The position numbers were made by a program, and so were the translations under genes. A stretch of 64,000 nt of DNA from positions 1 through 64,000 of the forward strand of contig JAVRCV020000006.1 of NCBI GenBank assembly GCA_034530615.2, read 5' to 3'. Each line of letters begins with the position of its first letter. Position 1 is the first letter of the stretch. The stretch is from Aulosira sp. ZfuVER01. GTDB lineage: Bacteria; Cyanobacteriota; Cyanobacteriia; Cyanobacteriales; Nostocaceae. This document shows, piece by piece, positions 53,999 to 64,000 of the stretch. The notes below the pieces were generated by a model that worked only from the letters and a program-made list of their open reading frames with translations, made no database searches and was not told the origin of the DNA.

Positions 53999-56900
53999 AT
54001 GACTGAACTTAAAAAAATCATGTTTTTCGCGCCATATGCATGGTGGTCAGTTCACAGTCAAGTCGATGCAGTGGTTGCTTCAGCATTAAGGTTGCGGAAT
54101 TGTGAGATTTTTGTAGTTGGTTGTGATGGAGTATATAAAAATTGCAATGTTGCACATTTCGCAACTCAGGTTGGTTACGAATATGCTGATGCTTGTCAAG
54201 CTTGTTCACAAACTAGTAAACAGCTTTTGGCCTCATCTTTTAATTTACCTTATCTACAGTTGCGTGATTGGATTAGTGACAAGGACTACAACATTGCTAA
54301 TCAATGGGTAGAAAATCTTGTTCTCCAAGATTATAAAAATGCTGTCTATTTTGACTTACCGATTGGTAAATGGGTGACCTCATCTATTTGTACATATTTT
54401 AGAATATCTTCTGATATAGAACTATCTAGACCAGAGGTTAGAAAAGTTCATAAACAATATTTAATTGATGGTTTAATAACTTATAAGGCAATTTCCAGAT
54501 TAATAGATACTTATAATCCTACCAATCTATTTTTATTCAATGCTCGCTTTGCACCTTACAGTGTAGCATTTGAGGTGGCAAAGCAGCATCAAATTGATGT
54601 GATCGCTCACGAAAGAGGATTTATTGCTGATAGTTTTGGTTTCTTTGATAATTCTAATTGTTTAAGCCCTAAGACCCCACTTGATTGTGTGAAAAGTTGG
54701 AAAGATATTCCTCTAAATAAGCAAGAAATTTCCCAAGTAAAAAAATATTTTATTGGGCGAGAAAATGGTCAGAATCTTAGTTGGCCTTCTTTTTATGATT
54801 TCCATTCAAATCATACGAATGTTCGGCACCAATTGAGAATTCCAGTAGACGCAAAAGTAGTTACTGTTTTCACATCAAGCGAAGATGAACATGCAATGTC
54901 TGAAGATTATAAAGTTATGACAAAGCAACTAGATATAATTGAAAGCTTGATGGAAATATTTAGGGATAGAGATGAATATTTAGTAATTCGCCATCATCCC
55001 TTTATCACAGGTGCAGGGAGTAAGACATTCCTACAAGCTATAGCATATGATTTTTTGTCAAAAGCTTATCAGCAAGTACTTTCTGCTCCTAAAAATGTGC
55101 GGATTATTATGCCCTCTGAGCAGTTAACTTCATATGCTCTTTTATGGCATTCTGATGCAGCGATCGCTTTTTTCAGCACTGTAGCACTTGAAGCAGCAGC
55201 TAGAGGTGTACCAACAGCAACATTTGAACAATCTCCATATCGGGAAGCAGTAAAACATACTTTTCAACAAATCAGTCAAGAATCTTTGGGAGAATTAGTC
55301 GAGAGACTACTTTCTGCATCTTGTCAAGCAACTGTCGAGGACTTGATCAAGTTGTATCGCTTCACTGATGCTTATTTCTTTAAATTTTCTACTAAGTTTC
55401 GCTCAATTGGTATTAAAGACTATCATCTTCCAGATTTCAAGATTAAATCTTTAGATGATTTGAAGCCTGGTATTGATCCAGCTTTAGATAGAATTTGCAA
55501 CAGAATTATACATAACACTTCTATCTACGATATCCCAACCGATGAGCGTAAAAATAACCCAAATTTTGAGGAGTTGAATTTCTTTAACAACGAGTTGCAG
55601 GAGATAGAAGAATATCGTCAAAAAATTAAGTCTCAAGCTTTAGAGAGTAACTATCTCTCTGCCAAACCTTCAGTAGCTATCATTAGTCTAAATTATATAA
55701 ACGTTCCACAGACTGACAAGCAGCTTTTACCTGCATGGAAAAATCAATCTCGGCATCAAAATCTGATTGTTTATGATTGCCATAATTTAGATTGGTATGA
55801 CTACCAAGGCATTATAGACTCAATTATTAATTGTATTTCCCTGATTGAAGAAGAATATATTCTGATTACGAATGATTATATTCAGTATGACGAATCTTTC
55901 ATCTCATCGGCTTTAGATATTCTTTTGGCAGCAGATCACAAAGAAACTGCCGGAGTTATATTTGGAGCTTGGATTGCATCTTCTAGTAGAATTAATCAAG
56001 AAATTTTTACAGAACGTGTACCTGCAAAAAGCTATCTAGAGGCTATAGAAGTTTTACCCTTACTCCAATTTCCTCAAAATCTGCTTTCTTTTGGACTAAT
56101 ACATAAAGATTTCTTGTTAAGGTTATTAACATCTGTTAAGTCAGCATCTAGTCACAATCCAGCTGGTGTAACGATCTTTAATGGTCTCCAACAGCCAGAG
56201 ATACAAAGAGTAGAGTTACCAATGTTAATTATTGAGGAATTAAATACTCATTTACATCAAGATAGGTTGCTAGAAGCAAATCAAATTCCTCAATTAAATA
56301 CTTTGGCATCAGCACAATCAGATACTTATCCTTCAAAGAATCTCAATCAACATATCCTACTATACACAGACGATTTTAGTATTTATGGCGTTGGTCAATA
56401 CAACCACTCTATTATTTGTGAATTAGCAAAATTAGGTTATCAAGTAACTTGTGTACAAACCCACACATCTAATCATCTCATTCAAGAACAACAAAAGTTA
56501 GGTATTCAGCATTTATGGCTAAATTATAATAGCATTCATGAGTTTTCAAGAACACTGTTGGATATATCAGATGCTCAAGAAATATTTCCTAAAATTAAAC
56601 CTGACCTGATTATTTTTAGTGATTGTTGTCCGTTATCCAATTTAGCTGCTAAAAAAGTGGCTAAACAGATGGGAATACCATATATTATTGTCGATGGATG
56701 TGCTGTTCCCTATTTAGCAGAGCGATTTGCCTCATACTTGGAAGAATTAGAGCAAATTCATACTCAAGCGGGAGCATTCATTACTGTCTCAAATGAAAAT
56801 TTGAATTTGTTACACCAGCTATTTAGGCTTCCAAAACACAAAGGACAAGTAATTTATAGCGGACGACCAGAACATTATTTTGCCCCTCCTAAACTATCTA

Positions 56901-59900
56901 TTCGCGATCGCCTACGTCAAGAATATGGTATTCCTGCAAATGCAGTAATTTGTTTTACAGCTGCTCGCTTAGACGCAGGAAAAGGTTATCAGTACCAGCT
57001 AGAAGCAATTAAGCAACTTATGCAAAGTGAATCATGGCATAAGCTATATTTTGTATGGGCTGGTGATGGTGCTTTAGAAGCACAACTTAAGCAAGCAATC
57101 GAGCAATTAAAGATTAGCAATCACGTCAAACTTTTAGGTAACTGCACAAATATTGTTGAGTGGCTGGATACATCTGATATTTTTGTTTTGCCTTCCGAAT
57201 TTGAATCATTTGGATTAGCAATTGTAGAGGCAATGGCAAAAGAATTACCAGTTATTGCTCCGGCTGTAGGCGGTATTCCAGAAGTGCTTGGAGATGTGGG
57301 GAAACTTGTCTCTGACCCAAAAATTAATCCACAAGCTACGATTGAGGAAATGGCAAGAACAATTGAAGCTTGGTCGCTAAATCCAGAATTGCGTCGTTCA
57401 ATTGGCCTGGCTGGTAAAAAGCGTGCAGAAGCCATGTTTAAGGAAGAACGGATGATCAAACAAACTATGGAAGTAGTGGAACGCACACTATTGCTACAAA
57501 GAAATCAAGTTTCATCTTCTTTCGCAAATATGCCTCTTGTCTCTGTCATTATTTCCTGTTACAACCTAGCTGAGTTTTTACCCGAAACAGTGGCCAGTGT
57601 CATTGCTCAGACATACGAGAACTGGGAAATCATTATTGTTAATGATGGGAGTAAAGATAATACCAGTGAAGTTGCACAACAGTTGATATCAACCTATTTT
57701 AATAAAAAGATCCGACTTGTTGAGAAAGCAAACGGTGGGCCTGCTAGCGCTAGAAATGCTGGTATCAGAGTATCTAATGGTGAATATATACTTCCATTAG
57801 ATGCTGATGATAAGTTAAGCTCAACAGGAATTGAGAATCTATTAAGTGTGGCATTAAATCAAGATTCTCCTTGTGTGGCATTTGGTTCCTATCAAATGTT
57901 TGGAATCGAAAATAAACTCATTGTCAGCGCAGGCTTGTTTTCTAAAGAAAACATGAAGCGATTTGATATGATTCACAATTCTTCACTCTATTCAAAGAAA
58001 GTGTGGAATTTAGTTAAGGGTTATAAAGAAGATGTTGCTTTAATTGGTTATGAGGATTGGGAATTTTGGCTGAATTGCTTAAAACATAAAATCAACTTCT
58101 ATGGTACACAAGAAATAGTAATATATTACCGCAGAAGTGTTGATTCGACTGGCAATCGAGCTTTTACCCAACATCATAATAAGTTTGCCTTAATCGTTGC
58201 ATACAATTCTGAGATTTTTAACCCAACAATAATTAAAGAATCAGAGAACTTGTTGCTTTCATTTGGGTTGATTAAAAAGTCAAGTGAACTCAGCAATGAA
58301 TTAGAAGAGCTTTTATTGCAAATAAATAGCTGCGTTAATCAGTATCAGCAACAACCAAGCAGCCACTCAGCAATAGCTAACCTCTGTCAAGCTCGTCAGA
58401 AATTTGCAGAAAAATTGCTCACTATACCAGCAGAAAAATTGATCGTTAATTACTCTGAGTATCTAGGTGATGCACATCAAAAATTGCTAAATAGCGGTAT
58501 TAAACATGAGTTGCTGACAGAGAAAGAGCAGAATTTTGTTAATACACTATCAGATCATATTGCTAAAGGTTTTGGCGAATCACAATCTATCCAATACCTG
58601 TTGGCAGGAATGTTGTACTGCCGTGCTGACCAACTACCACTGCAATATGACCTAACTCATATTCCTCAATGGTTGCTAGCTGATTATCTGAAATTTATCT
58701 TAGAATTTCCGCGCCTATTTCAAGAAAAGGGAGAAGCAAATAATTACTATCGCTATTTACAACAATGGCTAGATTACTTACAAGAAAATATATCCAGTAA
58801 TCCAGAATCAGTATTATGGCAGTATATAGCGAATTTTTTCCTTCAAGCTGCTAACTTTAGCCCTTTATATTTCACTACAGAAAATTTAAAAGAGATTTAT
58901 ATCAAACGCGCTGAGATCATGGAATATGCTTTGAAAACTCAAGGCTATGAAATTGACTACGACTTTCCAGAACGATCTCTAGAACGAAAAAAAATGCGTC
59001 TAGGAGTTCTTGCTGCTCATTTTCAACTGGGTACAGAAACCTTTCACACACTGCCAGCATACAAACATTTAGATTGGAATAGGTTTGAAATTATTCTCTA
59101 CACTGTAAGTGCCAATAATAGTCGTTTAGAACGCTATTGTGCAGGTCATGTAGATGCTTTAGTTATCTTACCTTCAGACCTACAAAGTCAGGTACAAACG
59201 ATTCGTAATGGAGATCTCGATCTTCTCTTAATTGCAACAAACGTGACATTAGTCACAAATCAGATTACATTACTTGCCTTGCATCGACTAGCAAGGCTAC
59301 AGTTGACCTTTGGCTCTTGCCCTGCAACAACAGGCATACGAAACATTGACTATTTTATCTCTGGAAGATTATCAGAACCTGTGTCAGGTGGACAAAAGCA
59401 TTATAGAGAAAAGTTAGTAACTCTTGATGGAGTAGGTTACTGTTTTGATTACCCTTCTGAACTAGAAACTCCCACAATTAAACCCTATCGAGAAAGCTGG
59501 GGTGCAAGTGAAAAAACTGTTGTATTTACTTCGGGTGCTAATTTCTACAAGATAATTCCAGAAGTGAGAGAAACCTGGGTAAAAATTCTTGCTGCTGTAC
59601 CTGATTCAATTCTCGTTTTATACCCATTTGCTCCTAGCTGGAGCAATTCATATCCGGCTAACTCTTTCCTCAACCAAATGTATGCGGTTTTGGCTAAGTA
59701 CGATGTTGACAAAAGCCGTCTCATAGTTCTTAATGCACTACCTAGTCGTGCTGATGTTAAAGAAGTTTTAAAGCTAGCTGATGTGTATTTAGATTCCTAC
59801 CGCCATTCCGGTGGTCATTCTCTTGTAGATGCTTTAGAGGTAGGATTAACACCTGTAGTTTTGGAAGGTGAACCTCTGCGGTCGAAGCATGGGTCTGCCT

Positions 59901-60550
59901 ACTTAAAAGACATCGAAATGCCTGACTTAGTAACAGACAACGAGATAGACTATATCAATTTAGCGATCGCACTTGGTAATAACCCTGAATTACGCCAGCA
60001 AAAGAGTGCCCAAATCAAAGAAAAAATGCAGGGCAATCCCAGTTTTCTGGATAGTCGCTCCTACTCAGCTAAAATAGGGAAACTATTCCAAGAGCTATTC
60101 AGCAATTATCTTGCAGATAATCTGAGCCAAAACTTGCCCTTAAATGAGACTAACCTGATTATTTTTCCTGACTGGTCACAACCAGAAGACCTACTATATC
60201 AAGATTTATCCAGTGTAATTTCTGCTCTCACTACTCACCCTGATAAAAGTCAGATAACTCTCTTAATAGATACTCACAATATTTCTGAAGAGGAAGCTGA
60301 TATGCTTTTATCGTCTTTGACCATAAATTTGCTAATGGAAGAGGATGTGGATATAACTGAGGGACCAGAAATTTCTTTGCTAGGGCAGATAAGCGATATT
60401 CAATGGGAAACTCTTTTGCCTAAAATTCAAACTCGAATTGCTTTAACAATAGATAATCCACAGGCGATCGCCCAAGTGAAAGCAGACAAGTTACCAGTCT
60501 GTGAATTAGATAGCTTGAGTGTCTTCCAATTAGAGGTGCTACCTGTGTAG
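53999..60550 (+). CDS. Giant multi-domain glycosyltransferase (capsule-synthesis-like + GT2-like + GT4 + GT2 + GT41 + C-terminal domain)
   Basis: HERGF/IRHHP/STVALEA; PSEFESFGLAIVEAMA; VSVIISCYN, VNDGS, LDADD; PATTG..IDYFISG, ADVYLDS. Confidence 0.9.
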   Translation: MTELKKIMFFAPYAWWSVHSQVDAVVASALRLRNCEIFVVGCDGVYKNCNVAHFATQVGYEYADACQACSQTSKQLLASSFNLPYLQLRDWISDKDYNIANQWVENLVLQDYKNAVYFDLPIGKWVTSSICTYFRISSDIELSRPEVRKVHKQYLIDGLITYKAISRLIDTYNPTNLFLFNARFAPYSVAFEVAKQHQIDVIAHERGFIADSFGFFDNSNCLSPKTPLDCVKSWKDIPLNKQEISQVKKYFIGRENGQNLSWPSFYDFHSNHTNVRHQLRIPVDAKVVTVFTSSEDEHAMSEDYKVMTKQLDIIESLMEIFRDRDEYLVIRHHPFITGAGSKTFLQAIAYDFLSKAYQQVLSAPKNVRIIMPSEQLTSYALLWHSDAAIAFFSTVALEAAARGVPTATFEQSPYREAVKHTFQQISQESLGELVERLLSASCQATVEDLIKLYRFTDAYFFKFSTKFRSIGIKDYHLPDFKIKSLDDLKPGIDPALDRICNRIIHNTSIYDIPTDERKNNPNFEELNFFNNELQEIEEYRQKIKSQALESNYLSAKPSVAIISLNYINVPQTDKQLLPAWKNQSRHQNLIVYDCHNLDWYDYQGIIDSIINCISLIEEEYILITNDYIQYDESFISSALDILLAADHKETAGVIFGAWIASSSRINQEIFTERVPAKSYLEAIEVLPLLQFPQNLLSFGLIHKDFLLRLLTSVKSASSHNPAGVTIFNGLQQPEIQRVELPMLIIEELNTHLHQDRLLEANQIPQLNTLASAQSDTYPSKNLNQHILLYTDDFSIYGVGQYNHSIICELAKLGYQVTCVQTHTSNHLIQEQQKLGIQHLWLNYNSIHEFSRTLLDISDAQEIFPKIKPDLIIFSDCCPLSNLAAKKVAKQMGIPYIIVDGCAVPYLAERFASYLEELEQIHTQAGAFITVSNENLNLLHQLFRLPKHKGQVIYSGRPEHYFAPPKLSIRDRLRQEYGIPANAVICFTAARLDAGKGYQYQLEAIKQLMQSESWHKLYFVWAGDGALEAQLKQAIEQLKISNHVKLLGNCTNIVEWLDTSDIFVLPSEFESFGLAIVEAMAKELPVIAPAVGGIPEVLGDVGKLVSDPKINPQATIEEMARTIEAWSLNPELRRSIGLAGKKRAEAMFKEERMIKQTMEVVERTLLLQRNQVSSSFANMPLVSVIISCYNLAEFLPETVASVIAQTYENWEIIIVNDGSKDNTSEVAQQLISTYFNKKIRLVEKANGGPASARNAGIRVSNGEYILPLDADDKLSSTGIENLLSVALNQDSPCVAFGSYQMFGIENKLIVSAGLFSKENMKRFDMIHNSSLYSKKVWNLVKGYKEDVALIGYEDWEFWLNCLKHKINFYGTQEIVIYYRRSVDSTGNRAFTQHHNKFALIVAYNSEIFNPTIIKESENLLLSFGLIKKSSELSNELEELLLQINSCVNQYQQQPSSHSAIANLCQARQKFAEKLLTIPAEKLIVNYSEYLGDAHQKLLNSGIKHELLTEKEQNFVNTLSDHIAKGFGESQSIQYLLAGMLYCRADQLPLQYDLTHIPQWLLADYLKFILEFPRLFQEKGEANNYYRYLQQWLDYLQENISSNPESVLWQYIANFFLQAANFSPLYFTTENLKEIYIKRAEIMEYALKTQGYEIDYDFPERSLERKKMRLGVLAAHFQLGTETFHTLPAYKHLDWNRFEIILYTVSANNSRLERYCAGHVDALVILPSDLQSQVQTIRNGDLDLLLIATNVTLVTNQITLLALHRLARLQLTFGSCPATTGIRNIDYFISGRLSEPVSGGQKHYREKLVTLDGVGYCFDYPSELETPTIKPYRESWGASEKTVVFTSGANFYKIIPEVRETWVKILAAVPDSILVLYPFAPSWSNSYPANSFLNQMYAVLAKYDVDKSRLIVLNALPSRADVKEVLKLADVYLDSYRHSGGHSLVDALEVGLTPVVLEGEPLRSKHGSAYLKDIEMPDLVTDNEIDYINLAIALGNNPELRQQKSAQIKEKMQGNPSFLDSRSYSAKIGKLFQELFSNYLADNLSQNLPLNETNLIIFPDWSQPEDLLYQDLSSVISALTTHPDKSQITLLIDTHNISEEEADMLLSSLTINLLMEEDVDITEGPEISLLGQISDIQWETLLPKIQTRIALTIDNPQAIAQVKADKLPVCELDSLSVFQLEVLPV

Positions 60551-60594
60551 CATTAGCTAAGTACCGACATGGTGAAAATTATTCACCATGCTAT

Positions 60595-60625
60595 AAAAAA
60601 AAGCCTGCGGAAACAGGCTTTTTTT
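60595..60625. terminator. Bidirectional intrinsic terminator
   Basis: AAAAAAAAGCCTG-CGGAAA-CAGGCTTTTTTT between convergent genes. Confidence 0.85.
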
Positions 60626-60654
60626 CATAATTTTAGAGTTGTGGAGATACGATG

Positions 60655-60808
60655 TAATTAGTTAGACAGAATCGCACACACAAAGTCATTCCGAATGTAG
60701 CGTTCGCCCTTGGCGTTCCCGAAGGGTAGCGTAATGAAGCAATCGTAAGAGTTGGGATTGCTTCGCTTTGCTCGCAATGACTGTAAATGTTTTTGTCCAG
60801 CTACTTAT
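60655..60808. mobile_element. Nested palindromic miniature repeat element
   Basis: GTCATT...GAAGCAATC...GATTGCTTCG...GCAATGAC palindrome, imperfect outer inverted ends, internal GTAGCG-flanked insert. Confidence 0.55.
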
Positions 60809-60831
60809 CAAGTCTGAAGGTTTCTCCCACC

Positions 60832-63072
60832 CTATTTTCCTTCCAGATACCTTTGCCACATCTGTTCGTAAGCCTTCTCCATTTCACGGGTAAACTGCTT
60901 ACCATTCCACAGCGGTGCAGTGTGCCGAGACTGACGTAATTGCCCAGAAATTTGCTGTCTTAAAGAAGCATCTTTACCCAAGCGTACGCCCCATTCTATA
61001 TACTCTTCATCTGTCCAAGCTATGCCTTCGGTTATACCAGCATTCACCATCATGGTGTAGCTATTACGTGCTGCGAATTGTTCACCAACTCTCGTTACTA
61101 AAGGGATACCCATCCATAATGTTTCTAGGGTTGTTGTTGCTCCATTGTAAGGATATGTATCTAATACAATATCAGCAATGCCCAAGTTAGCACGATGAAC
61201 TGACTCTAGAGAGACTTGCGGTAAAAATCGTAACCTAGATATGTCCACACCCTCCTCTTCAGCAATTTGATAAAAAAAGCGTTTAATTGCTTCTTCTTCA
61301 GAAAGTCCCTTAATCAAAAAGTAGCTGTTAGGTACTTGTTTGATAATTTGCATTTGCCACCTAGTTGTTTCTGGATGGCGTTTATATCCTCTTTGTGCGC
61401 TTAGATATACAACAGCATCTTCAGGGATATTTAAGTCCTCTCTACGAAGAGTTGGTACACCTACCTCAAAACCATCTACTGCTATGTAAGTTTGCGATAA
61501 TCGCCAGATTTTCTCTGTGTAGTAATCTTGTGCATCATCTGGTAATACATAGGGGTCGGCAATAAAGTAATCAATTGCAGGTATGCCTGAAGCATCCCAA
61601 CCTAGCCAAGTAACTTGGATAGGTGCTGGCTTGAGTGCCATCACTTCGCTAGTAATATCCAAAGTAATGCTATCAAGGTCAATTAAAATATCGATTTCAT
61701 CTTGATATATTTGTTCAGCAATCTCTAAGCCATTCATACCTAGCTTATGAACATTACCTGCATTTTGTACATACCAATCTTGAAGAAAATCATTGACTAA
61801 TTGATAATTAACAAAATATGTATGAATCTCAAATTTGTCTTTATCATGATGCTGAAATAACCAGCGAGCTAGCCAACCAACTGAATGATTTCTTAAAGCG
61901 TAAGATACATAACCAATTTTTAATTTTTTAGTGGAATGTTTTAAATCTTGACTATTATTTTTGTAATAAGCTTTTTTTCCTTGTGATTGAGCAAAATCTT
62001 GAACATCAGTATTGAAAATTTTAGCTATTTGATTCTGAATTCTCCGGAAACTAGCAGGATTATCTTTAATGTGAGGTATAGCAAAAGATGGTGTTAGCAA
62101 CCGTAGTATTCTGCCCTCTTCTAAGGCAATTGGTTGGGCTTGGATAAACTGTTGAAATACTGCTTCCAATTCTTGGCAAGTTTCACATATCTCCTGCCAA
62201 TATCCACCTGCTGACATTAGTCCTCTTAACAGCAAATGGAGGGCGAAAATTTTATCAGCTAAACTTTCTGATAGCGAATAACATAACTTAGCTGTCTCTA
62301 TACCCTGAGAATAATTACGAGCATCTTGATAAAAAACTGCTAAATGTCTTAAAATCTCTACATTCTCTGGTTCTAATTTTAAATGCAATTTAAGAAGCTC
62401 TGCTGCTAGCAAAGGTTGCCGTAAAGTATGCCCAATTGTCATAGCAGTAGTAAGGATTAGGCAAAAGCAGTGATAAGTATCAGAAAAGTGAGGTAAACAA
62501 GCTTCTACTAAATTTAGATTGAATGGATGTAAAGGCGCAGTATTTAAAAAATCTTCTAAAACTTGTATTAACAATTCGGCATTGATATTTGCGCTTTCTA
62601 GCTCGTTTAAATTTTCAATTATTCCCCATTCATGCAAGTCTTTAATATCTTCAAATTTTTCAAGTTTGAGGCAAAGTCGCAATATGTGAAGTAAATTATT
62701 AATGTCAATAGGATTAACTTCACGCATATGCTGGCGGATTAACCAGGCTAGGGAATATTCTCCCAATACTTCGCGTTTTTCAGCTTCTATTTGCAAAAAT
62801 TGAAATAGTTCGTTTGTCCAAATTTCTAACTGCTCTTCATCTGCCTCTGTCATTGGCAGCATCCACGTCATTTGGGCTTCAGCTTCTTGTCCTTGTAATA
62901 GCAATAGTAATCCTAAATGCCAATAATAAAAAATAGCATTTGGTTCTATTACTATTGCTTTTTCATATAACTGTGCTGCTTGCAGATATTTTTCTTGGAT
63001 AAAGTATTGTTCAGCTTGATTCTGCCAATTCTGTATATTAGTAATCATTGTATTTTTCATAGGTAATTGCAT
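60832..63072 (-). CDS. ogtA: TPR + GT41 (O-GlcNAc transferase/SPINDLY-like) protein
   Basis: N-terminal TPR; KIGYVS..RNHSVGWL, APIQVTWLG, LDTYPYNGATTTLE; directly downstream of pilA. Start uncertain (63072, 63060 or 63048). Confidence 0.88.
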   Translation of the reverse strand: MQLPMKNTMITNIQNWQNQAEQYFIQEKYLQAAQLYEKAIVIEPNAIFYYWHLGLLLLLQGQEAEAQMTWMLPMTEADEEQLEIWTNELFQFLQIEAEKREVLGEYSLAWLIRQHMREVNPIDINNLLHILRLCLKLEKFEDIKDLHEWGIIENLNELESANINAELLIQVLEDFLNTAPLHPFNLNLVEACLPHFSDTYHCFCLILTTAMTIGHTLRQPLLAAELLKLHLKLEPENVEILRHLAVFYQDARNYSQGIETAKLCYSLSESLADKIFALHLLLRGLMSAGGYWQEICETCQELEAVFQQFIQAQPIALEEGRILRLLTPSFAIPHIKDNPASFRRIQNQIAKIFNTDVQDFAQSQGKKAYYKNNSQDLKHSTKKLKIGYVSYALRNHSVGWLARWLFQHHDKDKFEIHTYFVNYQLVNDFLQDWYVQNAGNVHKLGMNGLEIAEQIYQDEIDILIDLDSITLDITSEVMALKPAPIQVTWLGWDASGIPAIDYFIADPYVLPDDAQDYYTEKIWRLSQTYIAVDGFEVGVPTLRREDLNIPEDAVVYLSAQRGYKRHPETTRWQMQIIKQVPNSYFLIKGLSEEEAIKRFFYQIAEEEGVDISRLRFLPQVSLESVHRANLGIADIVLDTYPYNGATTTLETLWMGIPLVTRVGEQFAARNSYTMMVNAGITEGIAWTDEEYIEWGVRLGKDASLRQQISGQLRQSRHTAPLWNGKQFTREMEKAYEQMWQRYLEGK

Positions 63073-63236
63073 GGACAATATAACTCTGAAGCTCACATAA
63101 CGGAAATAAAGTGGATAGAAGCATCTACCCACTTTAAAAACTACTAATTTAGTTCAATACAAACTACACGAAAAATTACTTTGCTATGAAGTGGCTTAGA
63201 CAAACAATACTTTCACGTAGTAAGTGACTGTTTCAC

Positions 63237-63812
63237 TTATTTCAAAGAGACAAAGTTACTAGGACATGAGGGTGAATTAGTGGTGCTGTCGAAATTGCCA
63301 CTAACACTATAGGCAACTACATCTGAACCACTATTAACTCTTGCTGCGGTCGCTTCACATAAAGTAGCTACGGTAGTAGCTTCACTGGTAGAAGCTTGCG
63401 TTGTTACACCCACATTACCTATATAAGATTTGAGAGGTGCATTGGCAAGTACTGTTGCTGCTTGGTTAGTTACTTGGCTGGCGTTAGTAGAACCACCACC
63501 AGAAATTGAGTACTTGTAATTTGTGGTTTGTGTGGCAATACCAAGACCTAGTTTACCAAAGTCAGCTTGAGCAGCAAATTGGTTCTGTTCTAAGTAATAA
63601 GCTTGCTGAGCGCGGTTCATGGAACCTACGTAGGTTTTAGCTTCAGACTGCTTGGCTTTGTTGGCTTGGTTCAAGAAAGAAGGTAGTGCAATAGCAGACA
63701 AAATACCGATAATGATGATTACTACCAACAATTCAATAAGTGTGAAACCTTCGTTTTCTTGTTTTTTGCCGAGAATGTGTTGGATAAATTTAGCTTTCAG
63801 TTCGGTTTTCAT
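63237..63812 (-). CDS. pilA: Type IV major pilin
   Basis: Class III signal ..ENEG|FTLIELLVVIIIIGILSAIALP; C-terminal Cys pair; ATG at 63812. Confidence 0.93.
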   Translation of the reverse strand: MKTELKAKFIQHILGKKQENEGFTLIELLVVIIIIGILSAIALPSFLNQANKAKQSEAKTYVGSMNRAQQAYYLEQNQFAAQADFGKLGLGIATQTTNYKYSISGGGSTNASQVTNQAATVLANAPLKSYIGNVGVTTQASTSEATTVATLCEATAARVNSGSDVVAYSVSGNFDSTTNSPSCPSNFVSLK

Positions 63813-63857
63813 AAGTGTTTTCCCTGGGGTGGGGTGGGTTGTTTGTTCTAAAAAGAA

Positions 63858-63864
63858 CTTACCC
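63858..63864 (-). promoter_or_regulatory. Putative SigF-type promoter element for pilA
   Basis: GGGTAAG on the minus strand about 45 bp upstream of the pilA ATG. Confidence 0.5.
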
Positions 63865-64000
63865 ACCTCAGAGCAGTTTCATATCACTAGTAGCAAAAAA
63901 TATTTTTCGCTAGATTTTCATCCTCAAATAGCAGTGATGGGAAGGTGAATTGATAGGGTTGCAAACACCTGCGTAGAACGCGGAGTTGCTTGTCTTAGAC

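Overview
Chromosomal window from a heterocyst-forming cyanobacterium (Nostocales-like): abundant HIP1 octamers (GCGATCGC), 7-9 nt tandem repeats and small palindromic repeats. The first 45 kb is mostly housekeeping: sqdB/sqdX, cyaB1, purC-bamA-lpxC-fabZ-lpxA-lpxB, an orphan C5 DNA methyltransferase, murG, thiC with a TPP riboswitch, and signalling genes. A few accessory genes are interspersed: a protealysin-like protease, an Rnl2-type RNA ligase, a DUF4291-like gene inside the sqd operon, and a GC-rich secreted protein. The main discovery candidate is at 45-64 kb: a complete CMP-pseudaminic-acid pathway with an amidotransferase/HisH/HisF module, followed by a ~2,180 aa multi-glycosyltransferase that converges on a pilA-ogtA pair. 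This suggests nonulosonic-acid glycosylation of type IV pilin or of a surface glycan in a non-flagellated organism. A second candidate is two tandem sRNA-like units at 36.04-36.27 kb. All calls come from motif recognition by eye; no searches were run.
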